From Candidatus Altimarinota bacterium (lineage in GTDB: Bacteria > Patescibacteriota > Gracilibacteria > BD1-5 > UBA2023), in contig JANMHM010000012.1 of the NCBI GenBank assembly GCA_031375155.1, positions 2,343 through 66,342 of the forward strand: a DNA stretch of 64,000 nucleotides, read 5' to 3'. Positions 1 to 9,326 of the stretch are shown here, one piece after another. The position numbers were made by a program, and so were the translations under genes. The notes beneath the pieces are model-generated. The model saw only the letters and a list, made by a program, of their open reading frames with translations. It was not told the DNA's origin and searched no databases. The stretch's first letter is position 1; every line of letters starts with the position of its first letter.

Positions 1-1
1 C

Positions 2-157
2 GCTCATGATACACTCATGAGCTGGATCGACGAAGCAAAATCGAAACTCACGACCGCTCATACAGCGATCAAGTCGAAGCTCGACACTCCAGTCGCTGCG
101 AAGCCAACTCCTGCGAAAAAAGCTCCCGCAAAGAAACCTGCTGCACCGAAAGTATAA
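2..157 (+). CDS. 3' end of an upstream gene (partial), Lys/Ala/Pro-rich tail
   Basis: Frame 2 is open from the window edge to TAA 155-157. The tail reads ...AAKPTPAKKAPAKKPAAPKV. Confidence 0.4.
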   Translation, partial: AHDTLMSWIDEAKSKLTTAHTAIKSKLDTPVAAKPTPAKKAPAKKPAAPKV

Positions 158-172
158 TCTCCTCTGACCGTT

Positions 173-216
173 CCTGTCATTTCGACCGAAGCAAAGCGGA
201 GCGGAGAAATCTTGCT
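173..216. repeat. Hairpin repeat unit CCTGTCATTTCGA...GAGAAATCTTGC (intergenic copy)
   Basis: It shares a 12-nt left end and a 12-nt right end with the copy at 18549-18578, and its left end with 27627 and 55708. Confidence 0.6.
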
Positions 217-250
217 CTGTTTTCTATTTTATATAATTTATTATATCCCC

Positions 251-775
251 ATGACCACACAAGATCCCAACAATACTGACCCAAAAACCGTCGAAGAAAC
301 TCTCGAAGAAATCGTCTCTGAGGAGGCAACACTCGACCCTAAGACTGATGCATCTGATGAAGTCACTCGACTTAAAGATGCCCTAGCGCGTGCTCAGGCG
401 GATTACCAGAACTTCGTCATGCGTACCGAGCGAGATAAGGCAGATATGGTCCACTACCTCTCTGCGAAGATGCTCATGCCACTTCTGACCCAAGTAGATA
501 ATCTCGAACGTGCCGTGAAACTCAAAGCATGAACTGAAGGTGATACTTTCGTCGATGGAGTCCGCTCAGTGCTCTCAAGTATGGAGAAATATCTCGAATC
601 TCAGGGAGTCGTCGCATTCACCTCTTTGGGTGCTGAGGTCGATCCTGACCGACACGATGTGATGACTGAGTGACCTGGTGAAGCTGGGAAGATCGTCACT
701 GAGTTCGAGAAATGATATATGCTTCGCGATCGCGTTCTCCGACATGCGAAGGTAGTGGTTGGGAATGGTAACTAA
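251..775 (+). CDS. grpE: Nucleotide exchange factor GrpE
   Basis: ORF 212-532 continues in the same frame through 3 TGA codons to TAA 773-775. The C-terminus reads ...GAEVDPDRHDVMTEGPGEAGKIVTEFEKGYMLRDRVLRHAKVVV, which is GrpE-like. Confidence 0.9.
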
Positions 776-784
776 TCTTTTTTT

Positions 785-1420
785 ATGAAAAAATATAGTA
801 TTCTTTTTTTAGTATTTCTCGGATGTATACCATCAGTTTTTGCTGGCACAGATACAGATGCGATATGTGCTGATGATATGCTTCAGGGACTCATCTACAG
901 AAATATATCAGTAAAATATCCAAATGAGGAAGTAGAGGTAAGTAGAATATGGAAACAAATGCATTCTCTGGGCGTCATGGAAGGTCCTATCGATCCCAAT
1001 GAGCACTATAGTCTCTACTATGTAGTAAATGTACGACAGGGCACTCATTATTCGCGGTCAGAGCTATACTCCTATAATTGTAAGTCAAAGGCAGTAAAAA
1101 AACTACTTTCTCTCCCTATTGATCACAAGAGTGTAGATTATTATCAGGTGGATTATATGAATGATTCTAACCTCATAGTCACAGGACGAGTACCCTGATT
1201 GACAGAGTGATCACCAGAAGTTACTGTAGGATATAATGTGGTGAAGAATAAGAAATTTTTTACTCTCAAAAATACTCCCGCCCTATTTCCTGATGGGGCT
1301 GTATCTGGATTTGTCTCGTGAAAAGAAGCATGGTATATCTATTTTGATAATTCGAACTACTCTGGTATATCATCCCTTTTTCGTATAGATAAAAAGACTA
1401 AAAAAATAACTAAACTCTAA
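785..1420 (+). CDS. Secreted hypothetical protein
   Basis: Signal peptide MKKYSILFLVFLGCIPSVFAG. The frame continues through 3 TGA codons to TAA 1418-1420. Confidence 0.6.
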
Positions 1421-1421
1421 T

Positions 1422-2384
1422 ATGCTCCCAAAACTTCTCGATAGCCGACTCCGTACCATCCTCGGTGAGGAGTATGATGGTGTGATGACTGCTTTTTCTC
1501 TGGAACGAAAATGATCTTTTCGTATCAATATGCTCAACTGAGATGGAAGCGCTGTCATGAAAGAGCTCGCAGAAAAGTGAATTGCAGTCGAGAAATTCAC
1601 AGGATTCCTGCCTCCGCAGGAATGACGAGCGACTGAGGTATATCTTTTCGATAAGACTCACGAGTATGCTATGAAGGGAACACGAGCATTCTATGATGGA
1701 CTTATCTATCTCCAGTCACTCTCCTCACTCCTTCCAGCGCTCGTCCTCGATCCAAAATCAGGAGAATCTATCCTCGATGTGTGTGCGGCTCCCGGATCCA
1801 AGACGACACAGATCGCTATGATGATGGAAAATACAGGAAAAATCGTCGCCCTCGAGCAAAACCAGATCCGCTATGATAAACTCATACATAACTGTAAGCT
1901 CCAGTGAGCGACGATCGTGGGATGACAGAAGCTCGATGCACGACACTATTTCGATCGTACTCCAGAAGAGGTTTTTGATCGTATCCTCTTCGACGCTCCA
2001 TGTAGTGCTGAGGGCCGCATATCTCTGACGAATGAGAAGACCTATGGCTTCTGGTCGCTCGAGAACATACAGAAGAAAGCAGAACTCCAGTATGAGCTTC
2101 TCACCCTTGCATTCTCAGCATTGAAAAAATGAGGAACACTCGTCTACTCCACCTGTACCCTCGCTCCCGAGGAGAACGAGTGAGTCATCTCTGACTTCCT
2201 CGAGGAGACTCCGAGCGCTTCTCTCGAACCGATCGATATAGGACTTTCCGACAAGCCATGGTGGAAGCGCGGTATCCAGAAATTCGGAAAGACAGAGTAC
2301 TCTGAAGAACTCCAGAAAGCCGTACGCATACTGCCTGGAGCGGAGACGGAGGGGTTTTTCGTGGTGAAGATCGTGAAAAAATAG
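1422..2384 (+). CDS. RsmB/RsmF (NOL1/NOP2/Sun) family RNA m5C methyltransferase
   Basis: One frame from ATG 1422 to TAG 2382, with several in-frame TGA. Motifs DVCAAPGSKT, FDAPCSAEG and YSTCTLAPEENE. Confidence 0.8.
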
Positions 2385-2386
2385 AT

Positions 2387-2782
2387 ATGTTCCTTCGATT
2401 TATCACATCATTCATTGACGACGATGGAGAAAAGAAAATAGGAGTATTTCAGGCTATGTACTATTTGCGGAGTAAAGATGCTTTTCTTTATGGGGATGCA
2501 GAAAAAATCAATGAACTCAGAAACTGGTTTGATCAATATCTTGAACCACCGACACAATTTACTAAAAGAAGGACAAGCAAAGAGACTGGCACTGCAGTAT
2601 CATGGTATCATGACAGTGCAAAAGAACACATCGCCAAAATGTATGAGATGTCTCGTATCCTTGAACGATACGGCATCATCGTCTCAGTCGTGAAACGGGA
2701 AGATCCTGGATATATCGTCTATGAAGATGAGTATCAGGTAGCGGCTATACCGTATCGAGAAGATCGAGAGAAGGTTATATAA
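2387..2782 (+). CDS. Hypothetical protein
   Basis: Uninterrupted 131-aa ORF, tightly packed after the methyltransferase gene. Confidence 0.5.
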   Translation: MFLRFITSFIDDDGEKKIGVFQAMYYLRSKDAFLYGDAEKINELRNWFDQYLEPPTQFTKRRTSKETGTAVSWYHDSAKEHIAKMYEMSRILERYGIIVSVVKREDPGYIVYEDEYQVAAIPYREDREKVI

Positions 2783-2944
2783 ATCCCCTATTTTTATAAC
2801 AATTTAGGATCTAGACTAACACAAATTTTTCTATCCGAGATTCTCGAATATTTACAAAAATCATAAAAAATATATACTATGGAAGTTTTAATATAGAAGT
2901 TTTTTGAATACGTATTCTTTCTATATAGCTTACTATTTTTCTAT

Positions 2945-3796
2945 ATGCCTCGTCTTCTCATCACCTGTTTCCTCATCTCTGCAATTGGTATCGGGACTTT
3001 CTACTTTTTCACGCATACGACTATGACTTCTCCAGAATCTCTTACTCCCACTCTTTCACAGAGCGTTGCTCGGAATACCAGAACTATCGCTGTCAGTGGC
3101 TACGCCGAACTCCCCATCGAAAATGATACACTTCTCTCCTTTACCATCTACTATGGTGATAAAAAACAGGAAGATACTGGTCCTGCGAAGATCATAGAGC
3201 TCCAGAAAGCCCTCGCGCCATATTATCTTTCGGGAGTGACGCTCAGTATCGGAAAGATAGAGAAGCGTGGAGCGATACCGACATCGAGTACTCAAGTGTC
3301 AAAAAAAGAAGTGGTAGGAGATGTCGTATTCGAGCCAGAACCAAATACCATAGATACCCCAGATGGTACTATTCCGATAAGATGAGCTTGGTATCATGGG
3401 AATGGTGGTACTGGAGATCTGCAGTCAGTACAGGAGATTACCCTCCTCCTCCCTACAGAGTTCGATAGCGCAAAGAGAGGAGAAATAGAGGGAATTATAA
3501 AAAATATTTTTGCCTGAGCTGTCTCGACGGGAGTCTCTATCCGAGTCAAGAGTATCACGAGAAAAAACGATACTGTCAGTACGGCGCTTCGAGAAATAGC
3601 CCTTGCAGATGCTCGGAAAAATGCTGAAGGTATAGCACTTCTCCTCTGAGGAAGTCTAGGAGATGTCATCACATATGCTGAAGGAGGATCAGAGACAGCA
3701 GTATACCAGACGATAGCCTCACAGTATCCCAATCCTCTAGAACCACAGAAATACTTCCTCACAGTACAGATGGTCTATGAGCTCGCCTCAAAGTAG
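2945..3796 (+). CDS. Membrane-anchored SIMPL/DUF541-like protein
   Basis: N-terminal TM segment. ORF 2945-3385 continues through 3 TGA codons to TAG 3794. The C-terminal ...ARKNAEGIALLLGGSLGDVITYAEGG resembles the BP26/SIMPL family. Confidence 0.5.
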
Positions 3797-3877
3797 ATAT
3801 AAAATATATCTTAAATTTGCATCATAATAAAAAATATGATACCATATATTCACTTATTCTTTAACTTATATAAGTAT

Positions 3878-4288
3878 ATGGGACTTCTCGAAAAAAGAGC
3901 TTTTCAAGCATTTCTGGATACAGATGGAAAAAATCTCATGAATGAGATCAATACACTCGCAGGATTCACGGTCGAGTTCGATATCTTAGGGGATACTCTC
4001 ATGAAAGATGATCGTATCGATCTTTATACTGAGGGATTCACGAAGGTATACTTCACTCCTATTATCGAAGCTCTGAAAGTCATCACTGTCGATGATATGG
4101 GAAAGAAGGCACTGAAAGACACACTCAAAAAAATAGTAATGAAGAATGAGAAGGATGTGACCTCGGGTGACTACGCTTATACATTCGCTGATGGGGTCCT
4201 TACAGTGGATCACAATCCATTTACGAATATCGATAACATTGATGTACGAACAAAGGCCCTCATAGCATGTCTCTCGAAAGGAATGTAA
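3878..4288 (+). CDS. Hypothetical protein
   Basis: ORF 3836-4288. The internal ATG 3878 (MGLLEKRAF) is the preferred start. Confidence 0.45.
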   Translation: MGLLEKRAFQAFLDTDGKNLMNEINTLAGFTVEFDILGDTLMKDDRIDLYTEGFTKVYFTPIIEALKVITVDDMGKKALKDTLKKIVMKNEKDVTSGDYAYTFADGVLTVDHNPFTNIDNIDVRTKALIACLSKGM

Positions 4289-4300
4289 TCTTTCTCTTTT

Positions 4301-4522
4301 ATGCCAAATATCCCTTGCCAATCTTGCCTTACAGAATATCCCACTTCATGGAACTGGTATATCTGTGATACGTGTAGTTTCAGAGTATGTTCTCCTTGCC
4401 TCTCAAAGCATACAGGAAAATATGGGAATGGAGGATTCAAGTGCAGTCAGTGTATGTTTGGTCATATGCAGTCATCTCAAGGGCTCAAACCCCAGATTAC
4501 TATGCCCCTAAAGGAAGAGTAA
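4301..4522 (+). CDS. Small zinc-ribbon protein with four CxxC pairs
   Basis: 73-aa ORF with CQSC, CDTC, CSPC and CSQC. Confidence 0.5.
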   Translation: MPNIPCQSCLTEYPTSWNWYICDTCSFRVCSPCLSKHTGKYGNGGFKCSQCMFGHMQSSQGLKPQITMPLKEE

Positions 4523-4541
4523 ATCTCTCTCGATATACTAT

Positions 4542-4575
4542 AAAAATATACCTCTAAATTTAGAGGTATATTTTT
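4542..4575. terminator. Bidirectional rho-independent terminator
   Basis: AAAAATATACCTCTAAATTTAGAGGTATATTTTT sits between convergent genes and overlaps the rsmA 3' end. Confidence 0.6.
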
Positions 4576-5471
4576 ATCCAATCCTCCTTCCTCACCGCCT
4601 CTGCCCGCACTTTCTCATCGTACCCACATTCTGTGAGCCATTTTTTCACTTCCTCGATATCGTAGTGACTTCACTTCAGATTGGAGAGGAGTGTTTTGCG
4701 TGGGTGGGTGAATGCTACTCTCCAGAGGGCGAGGAGTTTTTCTTCCCCGATTCGGTCACGAGATTTCTTCACCGAGAACTTCACCACGATAGAGTCCACT
4801 TTCGGTGCTGGGTCAAACGAAGCTCGCCCTACATACCGCACGATCTCGATATCTTTGCACGCGAGCTCCATAGCGAGGGAGAGATAGGAGTAGTGCGGTT
4901 TTTTCGCGCGTCAGGCAAGGATTTTTTCTCCTACTTCCTCCTGCATCATGATCACCATGGCTTCAGGTGGTGTAAGCCTCCTTTGTAAAGGAGGTGCCGA
5001 GGTACGAGGCGGAGGATTTTGCTCAGAAATCAAATCCCCCCTTCCCCCCTTTACAAAGGGGGCTTCGGGATACAAAAAATGAAATAATATAGGACTCGTG
5101 ATATAGTACGGGATATTCGCGATGACCGAGTAGTCGTCATATGGGGGAGTGAACTGGAGGATGTCCTCATGGTGGATGGCTATCGGAGTCGTCTTTACGA
5201 GATTATTTTCCTCTCCTTGTATCACTGGTGCGACTTCATCGCCCATATATCGTTCATCGAGGATCTCGATCATATCAGGATCGAGCTCGACGAGGTCGAG
5301 TGTGAGGGGATGATGCGAGAGGATATATTCGGTGAGTGCTCCATACCCAGGTCCGACTTCGATCACATGCCTACCTGCGAGCTCTATGGAGTGGGCGATA
5401 TCTCTGAGCGCCTCCTCGTCGATGAGGAAGTTTTGTCCGAGGGATTTTTTGGCTTTTATAGTTTTTTGCAT
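4560..5471 (-). CDS. rsmA: 16S rRNA (adenine1518/1519-N6)-dimethyltransferase RsmA/KsgA
   Basis: ORFs 4911-5471 and 4671-4871 are in one frame joined by TGA, with stop TAA at 4560. Motifs SLGQNFL, VIEVGPGYGALT, ANIPYYITSPIL and FDPAPKVDS. Confidence 0.9.
4968..5060. mobile_element. MITE-like palindromic element inserted in frame in rsmA
   Basis: 18-nt termini CCTCCTTTGTAAAGGAGG (4977-4994) and CCCCCTTTACAAAGGGGG (5045-5062) are inverted copies. Direct repeats GGCTTCAGG (4959) and GGCTTCGGG (5061) flank it, 102 nt apart. Confidence 0.6.
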
Positions 5472-5488
5472 AGTTTTTATAAATTGTC

Positions 5489-5517
5489 TTGACAGAGAGA
5501 GAGTTTCGTGATAAACT
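5489..5517 (+). promoter_or_regulatory. Sigma70-like promoter (TTGACA-17-TAAACT)
   Basis: TTGACA at 5489-5494, 17-nt spacer, TAAACT at 5512-5517. Confidence 0.45.
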
Positions 5518-5547
5518 CCTATTAGTTTATTTACTATATTTTACTAT

Positions 5548-5727
5548 ATGGTCTGAGATACAAATACTCCACCTTCAGATAATACATCCTATGGATATCC
5601 AGGGGAATGATGCGATACAGATACAAAACCGCCGACTCAAAAAACACTAACTTTAGGATGTTATACTGTAAATCAGGCACGAGCTATGTGCAGAGAATCT
5701 ATAAGAGAAGCTGTACAGGGCTCATAG
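5548..5727 (+). CDS. Candidate 59-aa small protein (or part of an ncRNA)
   Basis: ATG 5548 to TAG 5725 with 2 in-frame TGA. It follows the promoter at 5489, and a weak hairpin plus T-run lies at about 5744-5775. Confidence 0.25.
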
Positions 5728-5901
5728 TAAGCTTAGACAACTGAACGGATCGCTTCGTGCGGGTCATTCTTTTATTATAGTATTCACGATTCTTTTTTTA
5801 CCAAATCGAGAATTGTCTACATTTTTTATACGATTTTTCATCCTACATTCGACATTATCTCTATATCTAGAGAGACAATCTGAGTTTTTCTAAAAAACAT
5901 T

Positions 5902-5929
5902 TTGACATTCATATACTCTTTCATATAAT
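5902..5929 (+). promoter_or_regulatory. Near-consensus sigma70 promoter of the ribosomal-protein operon
   Basis: TTGACA 5902-5907, 16-nt spacer, TATAAT 5924-5929. It lies about 140 nt upstream of rplC. Confidence 0.6.
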
Positions 5930-6068
5930 CCCGTCACTTTTGTATAGCTCTCCGCTTTTCTCCCCTGAGGGAAGCCAGATCCACTCATAGTGATGTTGCC
6001 GGGTAACCATTCGATTACGAATGCCTCCTGACAACCTCTCATTTTAATATCTCTCTCACCATCATCCT

Positions 6069-6623
6069 ATGGCTGGTATAATCGGAAAAAAACTCGAAAT
6101 GACTCGTGTCCTTCATAATGGCGCGTTCACTCCTGTCACTCTTATCAAGGTTCCTACTCTCACTGTTGCCCAAGTCAAAACTCTGGAAACTGATGGCTAT
6201 ACAGCTATCGTCATTTCTATGAAAGACGGGAAGCAAGAGACACTCCGAGAAGTATCTATCACAGGAAACTTCACGGATCTCGAGAAAGGATCTGAGATCA
6301 CTCTCGATATGCTCGAAGGTGTCGTGAGTGTCAATGTAGTCTCTATATCTAAGGGTAAGGGTTTCCAAGGTGCTATGAAGCGCTGGAACTTCTCTGGAGG
6401 TCCTGGAGGACACGGACATAAATATACTCGTTCCCTCGGTTCTATCGGTACACGAAAACCTCGTCGTACAAAACTCGGAAAGAAGATGCACGGACATATG
6501 GGTCTCGATACGATCACCCTGAAAGATGTCCCACTTATCCTCGTGAATAAAGAACTCCGAGTGATCGCTGTAAAAGGTCCAGTCGCTGGCGCACGAAACT
6601 CACTCATCACTCTTACATTTTAG
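6069..6623 (+). CDS. rplC: 50S ribosomal protein L3
   Basis: Intact ORF starting MAGIIGKKLEMTRV. First gene of the cluster. Confidence 0.95.
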   Translation: MAGIIGKKLEMTRVLHNGAFTPVTLIKVPTLTVAQVKTLETDGYTAIVISMKDGKQETLREVSITGNFTDLEKGSEITLDMLEGVVSVNVVSISKGKGFQGAMKRWNFSGGPGGHGHKYTRSLGSIGTRKPRRTKLGKKMHGHMGLDTITLKDVPLILVNKELRVIAVKGPVAGARNSLITLTF

Positions 6624-6633
6624 TTTTTACTTG

Positions 6634-6677
6634 CCTAAGACCTAAGACCTAAGACCTAAGACCTAAAACCTAAAACC
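6634..6677 (+). repeat. Tandem heptamer array (CCTAAGA)x4 (CCTAAAA)x2
   Basis: Read directly. It ends 7 nt before the rplD ATG. Confidence 0.9.
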
Positions 6678-6684
6678 TCTCTCT

Positions 6685-7308
6685 ATGAAAGCTCCTCTCT
6701 TCGACACTCACGGAAAAAATAAAGGTACTATCGACCTTGAGGCTTCTCACTTTGGAGTCACTCCAAATGAAGGACTCATGCATCGACTCCTTATCCTTCA
6801 GCAGGCTAATGGCCGTATCGCTATAGCTCATACTAAGCATCGTGGTGAGATCCGAGGATCGACAAAGAAGCTTTTCAAGCAAAAAGGCACTGGTAGTGCT
6901 CGTATGGGTGATCGTCGTTCTCCTATGCGTCGTGGAGGAGGTGTCGTCTTTGGTCCTCGAAATGAGAGAAACTTCTCTGTTTCTATGAATGCCAAGGAAC
7001 GCCGTCTAGCTCTCCTTTCTCTTCTATCGACAAAAGCTACAGCAGAAAATATAAAAGTCGTTGAATCATTCGGAAAGGATACTGCGAAGACAAAATGAAT
7101 GGTAGCATTTCTCTCTACTATGGAGGCAAAAAAACCACTCATCGCTATTACTCGTGAAGAGAGATCAGAGATCGCAGGAGCGATGAATCTTCCAGAGCTC
7201 AAAGTCGTCAATATCGAATATCTCAATCCACACTCACTTCTCAAGTATACAGATCTCGTTCTCTCTGAAGCAGCTCTCAAGCACCTCTATACTCACTTTT
7301 CAAAATAA
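6685..7308 (+). CDS. rplD: 50S ribosomal protein L4
   Basis: ORFs 6685-7098 and 7099-7308 are in the same frame, joined by TGA. Confidence 0.95.
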
Positions 7309-7311
7309 ATC

Positions 7312-7400
7312 ATAGAACTTAGAACTTAGACTTTAGAACTTAGGAAAAACTCCGTTCAAATTCTCAGACTCTAAGCTCTAAACTCTAAATCCTAAACTCT
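7312..7400 (+). promoter_or_regulatory. Long imperfect intergenic hairpin (TTAGAAC arm versus CTAAAC arm)
   Basis: The left arm AGAACTTAGAACTTAGACTTTAGAACTTAGG pairs with CTAAGCTCTAAACTCTAAATCCTAAACTCT. I traced about 20 of 30 pairs by hand. Confidence 0.4.
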
Positions 7401-7405
7401 TCCTT

Positions 7406-7699
7406 ATGAACTCTCTCTATTCCGTCATCAAGCGATTCGCTGTCACCAATAAATCTACCGATGGTGAAGTACGTGGTGTATATACATGTTTTATAGATCC
7501 AAGTGCTACGAAGATCGATGTAAAAAATGCATTTAAAACTCTCTACGGAGTCGAGGTCGAGAAAGTAAACGTTCTCATGACTCGCGAGAAATACCATAAT
7601 ACAAAAATCTGAGTGGCTCGAAAAAAAGGCTCAGAAAAGAAAGCTATGGTCACCCTGAAAAATGGTGCAAAAATCGTAAATTTCGACGTCATACAGTAA
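7406..7699 (+). CDS. rplW: 50S ribosomal protein L23
   Basis: ORF 7406-7612 continues through one TGA to TAA 7697. Confidence 0.9.
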
Positions 7700-7732
7700 T
7701 CCTTCATTTCTTCTCTTCTCACTTCCACTCCT

Positions 7733-8575
7733 ATGTGAATCAAAAAGTATAAACCAACTACCCCATCTCGCCGTTTTATGACGGGACTCACCTATGAGGA
7801 GCTCACTACCAATGAGCCATACAAGCCACTTACGACTTTTAAGAAAGATCAAGCAGGCCGTAATCACGCTGGACGTATTTCTGTACGCCATCAGGGCGGA
7901 GGACACAAGAAGCTATACCGTATCGTAGATTTTATCCTCGATAAGTATGATATCCCAGCTCGTGTCGAGAGTGTCGAATATGATCCGTATCGATCTGCAT
8001 TTATTTCTCTTATCTGCTACCGTGATGGAGAACGTCGATACGTCCTCGCTCATACAGAGACTAAGGTCGGAGATGAGATCATCACAGCAAAACTCGCAAA
8101 ACCAGTCCCAGGAAATCGTATGGAAATCGGAAATATCCCGACAGGTCTTCTCGTGCATAATGTAGAAATGATTGTCGGACAGTGAGCTTCTACTATCCGT
8201 TCTGCTGGATCAAGTGCTCTTGTCCTCTCTCAGGAAGGTGAGTATACTCAGCTCAAGATGGCAAGTGGAGAAATCCGTCTTATCCATAAAAATTGCTTTG
8301 CTACTATCGGAACCGTATCGAATGCAGACTGGGATCAGATCACTATAGGTAAAGCAGGACGCAGTCGCTGGATGGGAAAGAGGCCTACAGTTCTCGGATC
8401 ATCTATGAATCCTGTAGATCATCCACACGGAGGAGGTGAAGGTCACCAGTCAGTCGGTCAGAGAAAAGGTCCAAAGACTCCATGGGGAAAACTGGCTCGC
8501 GGTGTCAAGACTCGCTCTCGAAAATATACTGATCGTTGGATTCTGCGTACTCGTGCTGGAAAACTTCAAGGCTAA
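7733..8575 (+). CDS. rplB: 50S ribosomal protein L2
   Basis: ATG 7733, with TGA as codon 2 (MGIKKYKPTTPSRR). ORFs 7778-8185 and 8258-8575 are in the same frame. Confidence 0.95.
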
Positions 8576-8603
8576 TTCTCTCTAAAATCTAAATTTCTCT
8601 CCT

Positions 8604-8867
8604 ATGACTCGTTCGCTCAAAAAATGACCATACATCGACCCGCGTGTGTCGAAAAAAATCGATGCACTCAATGCGAGTGGAAGAAAAAATGTCATCAAGA
8701 CATGGTCTCGAGCCTGTATGATTGCTCCTGAATTCGTCGGACATACCTTCGGTGTGCATAACGGAAAACAACATGTTCCTGTCTTCGTTACAGAAGATAT
8801 GGTAGGACACAAGCTCGGAGAGTTTTCATTTACTCGAAGATTCCAAGGTCATTCCGGAAATAAATAA
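8604..8867 (+). CDS. rpsS: 30S ribosomal protein S19
   Basis: MTRSLKK-G-PYIDP, with TGA 8625-8627 at the conserved Gly. Joins ORF 8646-8867. Confidence 0.95.
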
Positions 8868-8870
8868 TTA

Positions 8871-8975
8871 CCTAAGAACTTAGAACTGAGATTTTAGAAC
8901 TTAGGTACTCCTATGATTCGATCTCAGCTCTAAATCTCAAGTCCTAAGTCCCAAGATCTAAAACCTAAAATCTAC
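8871..8975 (+). promoter_or_regulatory. Long imperfect intergenic hairpin
   Basis: CCTAAGAACTTAGAACTGAGATTTTAGAACTTAGG faces CTCAGCTCTAAATCTCAAGTCCTAAGTCCCAAGATCTAAAACCTAAAATC. Confidence 0.35.
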
Positions 8976-8980
8976 TTTCT

Positions 8981-9307
8981 ATGAAAGCTTCCGTACAAAA
9001 TGTCCGCATCTCACCTAAAAAACTCAATGTGATTGCGTTCATTATCAGAAACATGACAGCAAAAGATGCTCTCGATACTCTCCGATTTATGCCAAAAAAA
9101 GGAGCTGATATCATGCTAAAGGTCCTCTCAAGTGCTGTGGCAAATGCGACTCATAATGATAGTCAAGTTCTCACTGATCTGACGATCTCTTCTGTGAGTG
9201 TCACACAGGGTATCGTCTATAAGCGTATCAATCCAGTTTCTCGAGGACGCGCTCACCGTATCCTCAAGCGTACATCTCATGTCGATCTCTCCCTTTCTGT
9301 AAAATAA
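8981..9307 (+). CDS. rplV: 50S ribosomal protein L22
   Basis: Intact ORF in the conserved position. Confidence 0.9.
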   Translation: MKASVQNVRISPKKLNVIAFIIRNMTAKDALDTLRFMPKKGADIMLKVLSSAVANATHNDSQVLTDLTISSVSVTQGIVYKRINPVSRGRAHRILKRTSHVDLSLSVK

Positions 9308-9326
9308 TTTTTTCTCTTACTCACCT

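Noticed and set aside
5472-6068. rpsJ (S10), tmRNA, RNase P or another known RNA gene hidden in the 600-bp gap before rplC.
   Set aside because: No frame under table 25 gives an S10-like sequence. I saw no tRNA-like T-arm, no GGGGCUG tmRNA 5' end and no RNase P P4 consensus.
6634-6677. Tandem repeats that could be mistaken for a CRISPR array.
   Set aside because: The 7-bp units are contiguous with no spacers, and no cas genes are present. It is a simple heptamer satellite in an operon spacer.
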